A DNA stretch of 64,000 nt, from NCBI GenBank assembly GCA_965203175.1, contig OZ241867.1:4672001-4736000 (forward strand). Reading direction: 5' to 3'. The position numbers and the translations under genes were made by a program. Positions 1 to 8,818 of this stretch are shown piece by piece (positions within the stretch are counted from its first letter, which is position 1; every line of letters begins with the position of its first letter). The notes beneath the pieces are model-generated. The model saw only the letters and a list, made by a program, of their open reading frames with translations. It had not been told where the DNA came from and did not search any database. This stretch comes from Candidatus Latescibacterota bacterium. Lineage in GTDB: Bacteria > Latescibacterota > UBA2968 > UBA8231.

Positions 1-1336
1 TGGCAAAATCCGCATAGAGTCCGCCGCCAACGGCCGCCAACAACGCCGCTCCTACCGCCGATAGATCGTCCGTGGCGATCCGCACCACGTCGCGCCCCAA
101 AATATCGGCCTGGATCTGCCGCCACACCTCTGAGTGCGAGCCACCCTCGCCGATCCGCAACTCGTCGATGGGCAAGCCGATTTCGGCGAAGCAATCGAGC
201 GAGTGCCGCAAGTCGAAGACGACCCCCTCCAGCACCGCCCGCACCAGATGCCCCTTCGTGTGCCCCAGCGACAGCCCAACAAATCCGCCGCGAGCGTGGG
301 CGTCGGGACGCGGCGTGGCCCTTCCTTCGAGCCAAGGCATGAAAAACGCCCCCTCGGCCCCAGCGGGAACCGCAGCCGCAGCCTCGGTCAACTCCTCGTA
401 GCTACCTCCGAATTCCTCCTTGAACCACTTGAGCGAGGCCCCTCCAGTAAACGAGCAACCCAGCCAAGCGTATTTGCCGGGGATGGGGTGGCACATCGGC
501 CAGAGCTTGTCAAAGGCCCGCGGATCCAGCCTCTCGGCAAAAGCCGTGGCGTGCGCCGCCGTGCCGATCCCCAAGCTGATAATGCCCGGCTCAATCACCC
601 CAGCGCCGAGAATCATACAGGGCATGTCCCCGCCGCCAGCGACGACGGGCGTGCCCTCGGCCAGCCCAGTCTGCTCGGCGGCCTCTTGAGTTATGGTCCC
701 AACCACCTCTGGCGAATCGGCCAAGTCCGGGAACAGCCCCGTATCGACTTCCAATGCCTCCAAAATTTCCCCGGACCACTGGCGCTCGTGCAGGTCAAAA
801 GCCGCAGTCGTCGAGGCATCCGACACCTCTGCCGCTATCTGTCCAGTGAGCCGATAGCGCAGCCAATCCTTGGGCAACAGCATCCAGCGGCTTTGCTGGT
901 AAACATCTGTCGCATGGTCTTTTACCCACAACACTTTCGCCAGAGTATTAACCGGCCCCAACCGCATTAGCGTCCGCTCTCGCAGCAAGTCACCCGCGCG
1001 CTGCTCGGCCCAATCGCACTCTGCTTGCGAGCGGTGGTCGAGCCAGATCGGCACCCGCTGCAGGGGCTGCCCGGCGCTATCGACAAACACCGCGCCGTTG
1101 ATCTGCCCCGACAGGCCGACACAGGCGACCTGCGCAGGGTCAATATCGGCGATCGCCTGACGCGCAGACGAGCACAGCCCTTGCCACCAATCCTCCGGAT
1201 CCTGCTCGACCCACCCAGGATGCGGCTTGTAGAGCGGATACTCGGCCTGCCCTCTGCCGATGAGGTCTCCCGCCTCGTCGAGGAGGACGGCCTTGGTGCT
1301 TCCCGTGCCTAAGTCTATGCCCAGTGCGCAGCGCAT
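1..1336 (-). CDS. xylB: Xylulokinase / FGGY-family sugar kinase (3' end runs off the window)
   Basis: Not in the ORF track (no stop in window). Manual translation from ATG at 1336 gives MRCALGIDLGTGSTKAVLLDEAGDLIGRGQAEYPLYKPHPGWVEQDPEDWW, the FGGY N-terminal signature. Confidence 0.8.
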   Translation of the reverse strand, partial: MRCALGIDLGTGSTKAVLLDEAGDLIGRGQAEYPLYKPHPGWVEQDPEDWWQGLCSSARQAIADIDPAQVACVGLSGQINGAVFVDSAGQPLQRVPIWLDHRSQAECDWAEQRAGDLLRERTLMRLGPVNTLAKVLWVKDHATDVYQQSRWMLLPKDWLRYRLTGQIAAEVSDASTTAAFDLHERQWSGEILEALEVDTGLFPDLADSPEVVGTITQEAAEQTGLAEGTPVVAGGGDMPCMILGAGVIEPGIISLGIGTAAHATAFAERLDPRAFDKLWPMCHPIPGKYAWLGCSFTGGASLKWFKEEFGGSYEELTEAAAAVPAGAEGAFFMPWLEGRATPRPDAHARGGFVGLSLGHTKGHLVRAVLEGVVFDLRHSLDCFAEIGLPIDELRIGEGGSHSEVWRQIQADILGRDVVRIATDDLSAVGAALLAAVGGGLYADFA

Positions 1337-1345
1337 CTAATCCTC

Positions 1346-2596
1346 CTATCCGAACCTATCCACGTTACACAAACTCAAATCAAAACCCGGCTCCTCCCCT
1401 TGGACCACGCGCGCGATCACCGCCCCGGTCACCGCCCCCAGCGAGACCCCAACCATGGCGTGCCCGGCCGCTACCGTGAGATTGTCGTAGTCCCGCGGCC
1501 GCCCCAAAAAGGGCAAGCCATCCGGCGTACAGGGCCGCAGGCCCCGCCACACTTCGATTAGCTCTAGCGCATCCGGCGTCCACGCCGGTACGTAGCGCGG
1601 CACTGCATTGACAATCGCGGCGACCCGCCGGCGGTTGATCGACGTATCCATGCCCGCCAATTCGAGCGTACCGGCAAAGCGCAGCTTGTCTCCCATCGGG
1701 GTGGTGCCGACGCGGGCTTCCACCATCATCAACGGTACCTCCGGGCACGGATCCGGCTTGTGGACAGTGACGCTGTAGCCCTTGGCCGGCTGCACCGGCA
1801 GGGACAGACCCAGCCCACGGCCCACGCCCGGTGACCACGCCCCACTGCACAGCACGACTTCGTCAGCAGCAAAATCCCCGCGCGTCGTCTCGACCACTTG
1901 CAGACGACGCCCCTGTTTGCCAAACCCCAACACCTCGGTTTTTTCGTTTAGCTGCACCCCTCGCTCGACGCAGCGCGCAGCCAAGGCCCGCACGAGACGC
2001 GCCGGGTCCAAGTGGGCATCTTGCGCGTAAAACGCCCCACCCACGCAGTCCAATTCCACGACGGCAGCGCGCTCCTGCGCCTGTTGGGCGTCGACTATCT
2101 CTACTTCTATCCCTATCTCCTGCATCAGTTCGGCCTCTTCGTGGACGCTTTCCATCCCCTGCTCGGTCTTGCACAGCAGGAGTCGGCCCTCGTGCCCAAA
2201 GGCAAAATCCAATTCCGCGGCCAGCGCCTCATAGAGCCGAAAGCTCTCCAAGTGCATATCGCGCAACAGCGGCATAGCCTGCCGCACCCGCCGCATGGTG
2301 CTGGCCTTGCGGAATTGCCACAGCCAAGCCACAAGGTCGAGATCCCAGCGCCATTTGATGTAGAAGGGACTGTCCGGGTCGAACATCCACCGCAAGCCTT
2401 GGGCGATGACCCCCGGCTCGGCCAGCGGTACGCTGTGGCTGGGGACGATCAGCCCAGCGTTGCCGTAGGAACTCCCCGCGCAGACCTCGTCCTTTTCGAC
2501 CACAGTAACCTCGCGGCCCTGCTCCCGGAGAAAGTGCGCCACACAGATACCGACGACTCCGCCGCCGATGACCAGCACATCTACCTGTCGCGTCAT
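1346..2596 (-). CDS. FAD-dependent oxidoreductase, D-amino acid dehydrogenase (DadA/DAO) family
   Basis: GGGVVG dinucleotide motif, SSYGNAG, WRGLRPCTPDGLP, GHAMVG. The likely start is MTRQVDVLV at 2596; the longer ORF runs into the duplicated intergenic segment. Confidence 0.85.
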   Translation of the reverse strand: MTRQVDVLVIGGGVVGICVAHFLREQGREVTVVEKDEVCAGSSYGNAGLIVPSHSVPLAEPGVIAQGLRWMFDPDSPFYIKWRWDLDLVAWLWQFRKASTMRRVRQAMPLLRDMHLESFRLYEALAAELDFAFGHEGRLLLCKTEQGMESVHEEAELMQEIGIEVEIVDAQQAQERAAVVELDCVGGAFYAQDAHLDPARLVRALAARCVERGVQLNEKTEVLGFGKQGRRLQVVETTRGDFAADEVVLCSGAWSPGVGRGLGLSLPVQPAKGYSVTVHKPDPCPEVPLMMVEARVGTTPMGDKLRFAGTLELAGMDTSINRRRVAAIVNAVPRYVPAWTPDALELIEVWRGLRPCTPDGLPFLGRPRDYDNLTVAAGHAMVGVSLGAVTGAVIARVVQGEEPGFDLSLCNVDRFG

Positions 2597-2607
2597 AGCC
2601 AAGCCTC

Positions 2608-2722
2608 GCGTTTGTCCGACCGGTTGTGTTTCACTCTGCGTATTCAGGGACATTATACGCTGAAAATCTGCGTTGAGCCACCAGCAGAAAGGAACTATCC
2701 ATGCTAGATCGCGCCGTGCGCA
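2608..2722 (+). repeat. Direct repeat copy 1 (upstream region, RBS and first 7 codons of the Gfo/Idh/MocA gene)
   Basis: gcgtttgtccgac...gggacattatacgc...cagcagaaaggaactatccATGctagatcgcgccgtgcgca aligns to 3833-3957 with scattered substitutions and one 10-bp indel. Confidence 0.9.
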
Positions 2723-2811
2723 CCGTATCATCCGCCTGTGCACCTCACGCGGACTGCTCGACGACACCCCAGCCGATCCACTCGCGGACGAGGATTATCC
2801 GTTAAGCCCTC

Positions 2812-2873
2812 TTGACAGAAGAGCTATTTTATTATAGCATACATGATATAATAAAATAGCAAAGATGCTATAA
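2812..2873 (+). promoter_or_regulatory. Sigma70-like promoter overlapped by palindromic operator-like sites
   Basis: TTGACA (2812-2817), 17-bp spacer, TAGCAT (2835-2840). Perfect 14-bp inverted repeat gctattttattata (2823-2836) / tataataaaatagc (2847-2860). Confidence 0.65.
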
Positions 2874-3113
2874 ATGCCCTTTGATTGTCAACAGATCAAG
2901 GAATTCCGTCGGTGCCTCGGCCTGACCCAGACCCAATTGGCCGAAAAACTACAGGTACCGCAATGCACCATCGCCCGCTGGGAAACGGGCAAAACCGCGC
3001 CCAACGCCAGCCACATCGGCGAAATGTGCGATTTCGGCCGCGTCGCAGGCATCGAACCCGGTTTTTTCTTCCCCGCCTTCAGCCGCTATACCCCGGGGAA
3101 AGCACCACAATAG
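2874..3113 (+). CDS. XRE/Cro-family helix-turn-helix protein
   Basis: IKEFRRCLGLTQTQLAEKLQVPQCTIARWETGKTAP is a typical HTH_3 pattern. Confidence 0.85.
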   Translation: MPFDCQQIKEFRRCLGLTQTQLAEKLQVPQCTIARWETGKTAPNASHIGEMCDFGRVAGIEPGFFFPAFSRYTPGKAPQ

Positions 3114-3165
3114 CATTGGGAGAAATATCCGAAGGCTTCTCGCCTTCATTAATAAGGAGCCTAAA

Positions 3166-3501
3166 ATGGCCAAAAACACCGTCGTCCTCACTGACGCCAC
3201 CTTCGATGAAGAAGTACTGCAAGCGCAAGAGCCGGTCCTGGTAGATTTCAGTGCCGTCTGGTGCCCTCCCTGCCGCGCCCTAGAGCCGGTGGTCGAGGAA
3301 CTGGCTGGAGAATACGCCGGCCGCGTCAAAGTGGCCAAACTCGACGCCGACCAGTACCGAGAGACGGTCTCGCGCTACCAGATCCGCGGCCTGCCGACCC
3401 TGCTCTTTTTCAAGGACGGCCAAGTCCAAGACACCGTCGTCGGCGCAGCCCCTAAAGGCCAGTTGGTACAAAAATTGGATGCCGTCCTCCAAGCCTCGTA
3501 G
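3166..3501 (+). CDS. trxA: Thioredoxin
   Basis: VLVDFSAVWCPPC active site, GLPTLLFFKDG; SD aaggag upstream. Confidence 0.92.
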   Translation: MAKNTVVLTDATFDEEVLQAQEPVLVDFSAVWCPPCRALEPVVEELAGEYAGRVKVAKLDADQYRETVSRYQIRGLPTLLFFKDGQVQDTVVGAAPKGQLVQKLDAVLQAS

Positions 3502-3509
3502 CTGATGAA

Positions 3510-3818
3510 TCAATCACTAGCAGCGACCGCCGTTTTCCATTTTGTCATCTCTTCCTTGATAAAGTAGCCCACGAGATCGTTGTACATCTTCTCAATCGCG
3601 TCTGGACTGAGGCCTTCCTCCGCCGCCCAGAGTCTTCGTTGCTCTAGCATGGATTTTAGTCGTTCTGGAGCTTCCACACTCTCCACACTCGTTTTGAATT
3701 GTGCTGCTGCTTGCACGTATTGAAACCGTTGACCTAGCAGCGCAATAACCTCTCTATCGATCCGATCAATCTCCGCACGTATATCTCCCATATCCGCACA
3801 CTTATCTGGCGTTTTCAT
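3510..3818 (-). CDS. Chorismate mutase type II / isochorismate-pyruvate lyase (PchB-like)
   Basis: DIRAEIDRIDREVIALLGQRFQYVQAAAQFK...APERLKSMLEQRRLWAAEEGLSPD matches AroQ/PchB. Confidence 0.85.
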   Translation of the reverse strand: MKTPDKCADMGDIRAEIDRIDREVIALLGQRFQYVQAAAQFKTSVESVEAPERLKSMLEQRRLWAAEEGLSPDAIEKMYNDLVGYFIKEEMTKWKTAVAASD

Positions 3819-3832
3819 TCATTTCACTCCTT

Positions 3833-3957
3833 GCGTTTGTCCGACACCTTGACGCCGGTTGTGTTTCGCTCTACGTATTTTGGGACATTATACGCCGAAA
3901 ACCTGCGTTGAGCCATCAGCAGAAAGGAACTATCCATGATAGAGCGCGCCGTGCGCA
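3833..3957 (+). repeat. Direct repeat copy 2 (functional upstream region of the Gfo/Idh/MocA gene)
   Basis: Homologous to 2608-2722; contains the real ATG at 3936. Confidence 0.9.
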
Positions 3958-4979
3958 TCGGGATGATCGGCTGCGGCACCCAAGCCAACGTCCACTTTGC
4001 CGTCATCAAAGCACTGGGCGCGGACCAAGCGACAGTTGCTGCCGTCTGCGACCTCGACGACGAGCGCCTCGCCGCGGCCTGCCAACTCTGGCCCGAAGCC
4101 CGTGCGGCCAAAGACTATCGGGATATGCTCGCTTCCGGCGACCTCGACTTAGTCATCGTCGCTACCATGCCCAACACGCACGAAGCCATGTCGTTGGCCA
4201 GCCTCGACGCCGGGGCCTGCGTGCTGTGCGAAAAGCCCTTTATGATGAATGCTTCCCAAGCCGAAGCCGTCCTCGCCAAGGCCGCGGAGACCGGGCTGCA
4301 AGTCCAGCTCGGCACCAACATGCGCTATATGCCGAGTTCACAGTACTTGCACGACCTAGTCCAAGGCGGCACCATCGGCGAGCCCGTATTCGCCAAGGCA
4401 TGGGGCTGCCACGATGTCCCGCCCGTCTGGGGGCCGCACTACCACCTCGCCACCTCTGGCGGCGGGGTCCTCGCCTCGACTCTGGTCCACACACTCGACT
4501 TGGCGATGTGGGTCGGCGGCTCGCCCAATCCGCTCACCGTCAGCGCAGCGACCCGACGCCTCTTCCCCGGCAAACGCGGGCCCAAGGTCGATGCCGCCAT
4601 CCACGCGCGCTACGACGCCGAAGACCTCATCAGCGGCCTGGTGCGCTTTGATAACGGCGCATTTTACTCCTTGGAGGGCAACTGGTGCAGCGAGAAGACT
4701 GACTTCCACAGCTTTGAACTGACCACCACCCGTGCCACGGTGACCGGCGAACCCTTTGCGGTCAAGGTCGATGTCGAAGGCGAGATTGTCGATCAGACGC
4801 CCCAACTCGACGGCGACGACTGGTCCCAAAGCGTCCACACCCAAGACGCCACCCTCATTGCCCAACTCTGCGCCGGCGAACCTTGGGACATGCAGGACGC
4901 CCGTCAGCTACTCAACCTACAAAAGGTCGTCGATGCCTGTTATGAGTCGGCGTATACAGGCCGAGAGGTCGTATTATAA
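3936..4979 (+). CDS. Gfo/Idh/MocA-family oxidoreductase
   Basis: IGMIGCG Rossmann motif, VLCEKP, GGGVL...HTLD. Confidence 0.9.
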   Translation: MIERAVRIGMIGCGTQANVHFAVIKALGADQATVAAVCDLDDERLAAACQLWPEARAAKDYRDMLASGDLDLVIVATMPNTHEAMSLASLDAGACVLCEKPFMMNASQAEAVLAKAAETGLQVQLGTNMRYMPSSQYLHDLVQGGTIGEPVFAKAWGCHDVPPVWGPHYHLATSGGGVLASTLVHTLDLAMWVGGSPNPLTVSAATRRLFPGKRGPKVDAAIHARYDAEDLISGLVRFDNGAFYSLEGNWCSEKTDFHSFELTTTRATVTGEPFAVKVDVEGEIVDQTPQLDGDDWSQSVHTQDATLIAQLCAGEPWDMQDARQLLNLQKVVDACYESAYTGREVVL

Positions 4980-5027
4980 CCTACACGGGCACAACAAGTT
5001 GACATGAATTATCTGTAAGGAAATCCC

Positions 5028-5876
5028 ATGACCCAGCCCAACACCTGGACACCTGCCGAGGCCCACAGCACAGCCGCTCTGCTGCACAGCCTGCCTCAAC
5101 CTCTCACCGCCTTGGCCGACGGAGACGTCCCCGCCGTAGTCCTGCGAGGAGCCTACCCGCCCGACCACTGCCAAGGCTTGATGCGCCGCTTTGAGGAGCG
5201 CGGCTATTTCGATCCGGCCACCGTGGGCCAAGCTCCCCAGCTAAGCGGCGGCCCCTATCTCGACTTGGGTACCAGCCTCGGACGGCTCGGAGCCGATCCA
5301 GACGCCTTCTTCGCCCACGCCGTTCGCACTCACGAGTTGTTCGCCACGCTCTTCGAGGGATTTACAGACCCGGTGCGCACGATGTACGCGGCCCTATCCG
5401 ACCTCGCCGAAAGCAAAATAGTTCAAACCGCGCGCGAACCGGACGGGCAGCTCTACGGGCCAGCCATTTTCCGCATGTATCACGCCGCCGAAGGCCACAA
5501 GCCCCACTACGACTCCGTAGCCAAGCGCTCCCGCCCCGGCTACGAATACGCAGTCGCCGACTTCCAGCGCCAATTCGCCGGGGTGTTGTGCTTACAGACC
5601 GGCGATGAAGCAAGCGCCGACGAACCCTTTATCTACCGCTGCTGGGGCACCCAGCCCCACATCGAGGAAGTCCTGCGCGAAGATCGCTTCGCCGAGTACT
5701 CGGCCGAGCACCACATCCCCCGCGTCCAAGTCCGGTTGACTCCGGGCGATCTCTACTTCTTCTGCACTGAAAACATCCACGAAGTAGAGCGCCTAACGCG
5801 CCAGCGCCGCCGCGTCGTACTAGCTTTCTTCTTCGCCATGTCGGAGGATAAACCAGAGATTTTCGTCTGGTCCTAG
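5028..5876 (+). CDS. 2OG-Fe(II) oxygenase-like protein
   Basis: HYD ... GDLYFF ... HEV ... RRVV pattern (HxD...H...R). Confidence 0.6.
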   Translation: MTQPNTWTPAEAHSTAALLHSLPQPLTALADGDVPAVVLRGAYPPDHCQGLMRRFEERGYFDPATVGQAPQLSGGPYLDLGTSLGRLGADPDAFFAHAVRTHELFATLFEGFTDPVRTMYAALSDLAESKIVQTAREPDGQLYGPAIFRMYHAAEGHKPHYDSVAKRSRPGYEYAVADFQRQFAGVLCLQTGDEASADEPFIYRCWGTQPHIEEVLREDRFAEYSAEHHIPRVQVRLTPGDLYFFCTENIHEVERLTRQRRRVVLAFFFAMSEDKPEIFVWS

Positions 5877-5878
5877 AT

Positions 5879-8101
5879 ATGCCCATCACCCAACCCATCG
5901 ACACCTTAGTCCTCGGCGGCGGCATGGCCGGCACCTTTGCCGCGCTCGCCGCCAAAACGCCCGATACCACCGTTGCCATTGTCGAGCCAGCCAATGTCTT
6001 GGGCGGCCAAGGCACGGCCGGGGGCGTCGCTGGTTTTTGCGGCGACAGCCAGCGCGTCAACGCCCCTTTTGCCCGCCTCGTCGAGACCTTGTCCCAGCAC
6101 GAGCTCATCGCCGAGTACGACCCGCTCGCCGACCGCCGCGCGTACGACTTGGAATTGTGCGCCTTCTTTTTACAGGAAATGGTCGCCGCAGCCGGCGTCG
6201 AAATCCTCTTCCACGCCCGAGCCTTGACGGCTCAACGCGACGGTGGGCACATCGCCTCGGTCGAGGTTGCCTGCGCCTCTGACCGCATCGAGTTCCGGCC
6301 CGGCATGGTTGTCGATGCCACTGGCGACTGCGCCCTAGCCCACGCGGCCGCGTTTGCAACCATCCACGAGGGGGCCAACAAACAACTGCCCATGAGCCTT
6401 TACTTTGTGCTATGGGACACCGGCCGACCTGTCACCCCCTTCTTGCCGCCGGACTGCCCGACTTGGGACGACGACGAGTCCCTGCCCATGACCACCTTGC
6501 ACGTGTTCCCCTCCGGCAAGGTCGAAGTCAAGATGAAGGTCGTGGGGTTTGACGCGGCCGATGGCCAGAGCCTGTCCCGCGCCGAACTACATGCGCGGCG
6601 ACAGATGATGGGCTTGATTTACTACTTGCAAACTAAGGGCTATCGCGGTACCCGGCTAGACACCCACGTCCTCGCCTCGGTCTCCCGGCACATCGGCGCT
6701 CGCGAGGGGCGGCGCATTGTCGGCGAATATCTCCTGACCGAAGAGGACGTCACCCATGCCTGCACGTTCTCCGACGCGGTAGCAGTGGGCACCTACCATC
6801 TCGACTACCACTGGCCCGACCGCGTCGAGCGCGCCGGCACGGGCATTACCACCATGGTCGAGCCATATCACATCCCGCTGCGCAGTCTAGTGCCCAAAGG
6901 GGCCGCTAATCTGCTAGTGGCCGGACGCTCGGCCTCGGGCGACCAGATGGCCATGAGTTCCTTCCGCATCCAAGCGACCTGTGCCCAGATGGGCTTTGCG
7001 GCCGGCACGGCGGCGCGGGTCTGCCAGCGCGAGGGGCGCGACTTGCAGGACGCGCCCCTCGCCGCGATCCAGCAAGCCATTGCGGCCGGCGGCCAGTCGC
7101 TCAATCTGTCCGCGTACGGCGACTACCTGCGCCACTTAATCCACATCCGCGAGTACCTCTTTGCCGACGACCGGCCCTTCACCCAGTGCCACGCCTCAAC
7201 TTTGGTGCAACTCAAAAACGGTGCGTTTCTCGCCGCGTGGTTTGGTGGCACTCGCGAAGGCCAAGCGGATGTCGGGATCTGGGGAACCGAGCGCTGGCGC
7301 GGGCGATGGTCGGCTCCCCGCCGTTTGGCCAAGGTGCGGGACTGTGCCCACTGGAATCCAGTGCTCCACGCCAGCGGCGACGGCTGCGTCTATCTGTTCT
7401 TCAAGGTGGGCGAGCAGATAGCCGATTGGGAAACTTGGGTGATAGAATCGGCCGACGAGGGTCAAACTTGGACCGAGCCACGGGCACTATTACCGGGCGA
7501 CCAGGGCGGGCGCGGGCCGGTTAAAAACAAGCTCCTCGTGCTCGCCGACGGCACGTGGTTGGCCGGGGCCTCGCTGGAAAAGGAAGGATGGGAGGTCTTT
7601 GTCGATCTCAGTGCGGACCGCGGCGCGACTTGGCAGGCCAGTGATCTCATAACACGCGACCGCTCGCTCTTCACCGGCCACGGTGCGATCCAGCCGACGC
7701 TTTGGGAATCGGCCCCGGGGCAAGTGCATATGTTGGTCCGCAGCACCTGTGGGCGGATCGGCCGCAGCGACTCAGCGGACGGAGGGCGGACTTGGTCGCC
7801 GCTCTATCCAACGGACTTGCCCAACAACAACAGCGGCCTCGACCTAGCTCGCCTCCACGACGGTACCCTCGCCCTCGTCTGCAACCCGGTGGAACGCACC
7901 CGCACCCCGCTCTCGATCCTACTCTCATCAGACAACGGGCAGACGTGGCCGCGCCGCTTGGACTTAGAAACCGCGGACGGCGAGTACTCCTATCCGGCGA
8001 TCATCCCCACCCAAGTCGGCATGGCCATTACCTATACGTGGAAACGCGAGCGGATCGCCTTCTGGCACGGGTCGGTAGAACAAGTGCCGAATACCGATTA
8101 G
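5879..8101 (+). CDS. FAD-dependent oxidoreductase fused to a BNR/sialidase-like beta-propeller
   Basis: N-terminal GGGMAG, VDATGD, REGRRIVG, PYHIPLRSLVP, LLVAGR. C-terminal CHASTL, GPVKNK, Asp-boxes SADEGQTW/SADRGATW/SADGGRTW/SSDNGQTW, YSYP. Confidence 0.8.
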   Translation: MPITQPIDTLVLGGGMAGTFAALAAKTPDTTVAIVEPANVLGGQGTAGGVAGFCGDSQRVNAPFARLVETLSQHELIAEYDPLADRRAYDLELCAFFLQEMVAAAGVEILFHARALTAQRDGGHIASVEVACASDRIEFRPGMVVDATGDCALAHAAAFATIHEGANKQLPMSLYFVLWDTGRPVTPFLPPDCPTWDDDESLPMTTLHVFPSGKVEVKMKVVGFDAADGQSLSRAELHARRQMMGLIYYLQTKGYRGTRLDTHVLASVSRHIGAREGRRIVGEYLLTEEDVTHACTFSDAVAVGTYHLDYHWPDRVERAGTGITTMVEPYHIPLRSLVPKGAANLLVAGRSASGDQMAMSSFRIQATCAQMGFAAGTAARVCQREGRDLQDAPLAAIQQAIAAGGQSLNLSAYGDYLRHLIHIREYLFADDRPFTQCHASTLVQLKNGAFLAAWFGGTREGQADVGIWGTERWRGRWSAPRRLAKVRDCAHWNPVLHASGDGCVYLFFKVGEQIADWETWVIESADEGQTWTEPRALLPGDQGGRGPVKNKLLVLADGTWLAGASLEKEGWEVFVDLSADRGATWQASDLITRDRSLFTGHGAIQPTLWESAPGQVHMLVRSTCGRIGRSDSADGGRTWSPLYPTDLPNNNSGLDLARLHDGTLALVCNPVERTRTPLSILLSSDNGQTWPRRLDLETADGEYSYPAIIPTQVGMAITYTWKRERIAFWHGSVEQVPNTD

Positions 8102-8113
8102 CATCATGCCGCA

Positions 8114-8491
8114 TTAGTCCTGGTACACCACCACCTTTATTCCATATCCCATAGCCAAAGGTTCCAGCACGGCATCACTTCTGGTGCAAATTGCAATCGT
8201 GTCCACGCTACGGGGTCGAAACGGTATCATCAGATGTCGCGAGAATAGCGCCTGACCCAAGAGATACATGCCCAGTCGGCTGGCCTTTGTTTGAATCACC
8301 ACAATATCTCGATTCTCGATTTCAATTTCCCGGTGGTTCGCAATCAAGTGTGGAGCATCCAAGATCACGACGCCATCAAGCAATCTCCTACCTTGATTGG
8401 GGCCACGACGGACGGCCGGGAACTCCTCTATCAGGGTACCGCCGATCTCTTGCCAATAGCGTCGTGTGAGGGGTGTTTCGCGTTTCGACAT
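8114..8491 (-). CDS. Small putative PD-(D/E)XK nuclease-fold protein
   Basis: EEF...RLLDGV...VVIQTK...LGQAL resembles the D...(E/Q)xK...GQ motif of restriction-endonuclease-like domains. Confidence 0.5.
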   Translation of the reverse strand: MSKRETPLTRRYWQEIGGTLIEEFPAVRRGPNQGRRLLDGVVILDAPHLIANHREIEIENRDIVVIQTKASRLGMYLLGQALFSRHLMIPFRPRSVDTIAICTRSDAVLEPLAMGYGIKVVVYQD

Positions 8492-8529
8492 GACTGCCTA
8501 TCCCCGAAGTATGGTTCGCCCTTTATCCG

Positions 8530-8745
8530 TTGTCTGGTATCGCTGAAGTGGACTTTTGGGCTTGTCCGGTATAGTGCGGACAAGTAGGCCTGTTCAAGCA
8601 ATTTGTCCAAGTAGTTACGTTGGAAGGTCTCTCGGTGCCTGATGCCGATAACCCTTTGAATATCAGCACTTTTCTTCGCTTCTAGGCAGGCACTAAGAAC
8701 CCTAATTATCCAAGGTCCGACTTGTCCGGTAGCTTGTCCGGTAGC
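8530..8745. repeat. Cluster of TTGTCYGGTA motifs, direct and inverted
   Basis: ttgtctggtat (8530), cttgtccggta (8561) with inverted cggacaag (8577-8584), and tandem cttgtccggtag x2 (8721-8744). Confidence 0.7.
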
Positions 8746-8747
8746 AT

Positions 8748-8778
8748 TAGCCCTCCGGCTACATGTCCTCGCCGCGCA
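8748..8778 (+). repeat. 31-bp direct repeat: duplicate of the 3' end of gene 10932..11996
   Basis: tagccctccggctAcatgtcctcgccgcgca versus tagccctccggctGcatgtcctcgccgcgca at 10933-10963 (1 mismatch). Confidence 0.92.
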
Positions 8779-8818
8779 TGTCCGCTCTGTATTAGTCCGC
8801 AGCTATCTTATTGGCGAC

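Noticed and set aside
134-970. 278-aa plus-strand ORF
   Set aside because: Antisense shadow of the minus-strand xylulokinase gene.
8721-8745. Possible CRISPR-like repeat
   Set aside because: Only a 12-bp tandem with no spacers and no cas genes.
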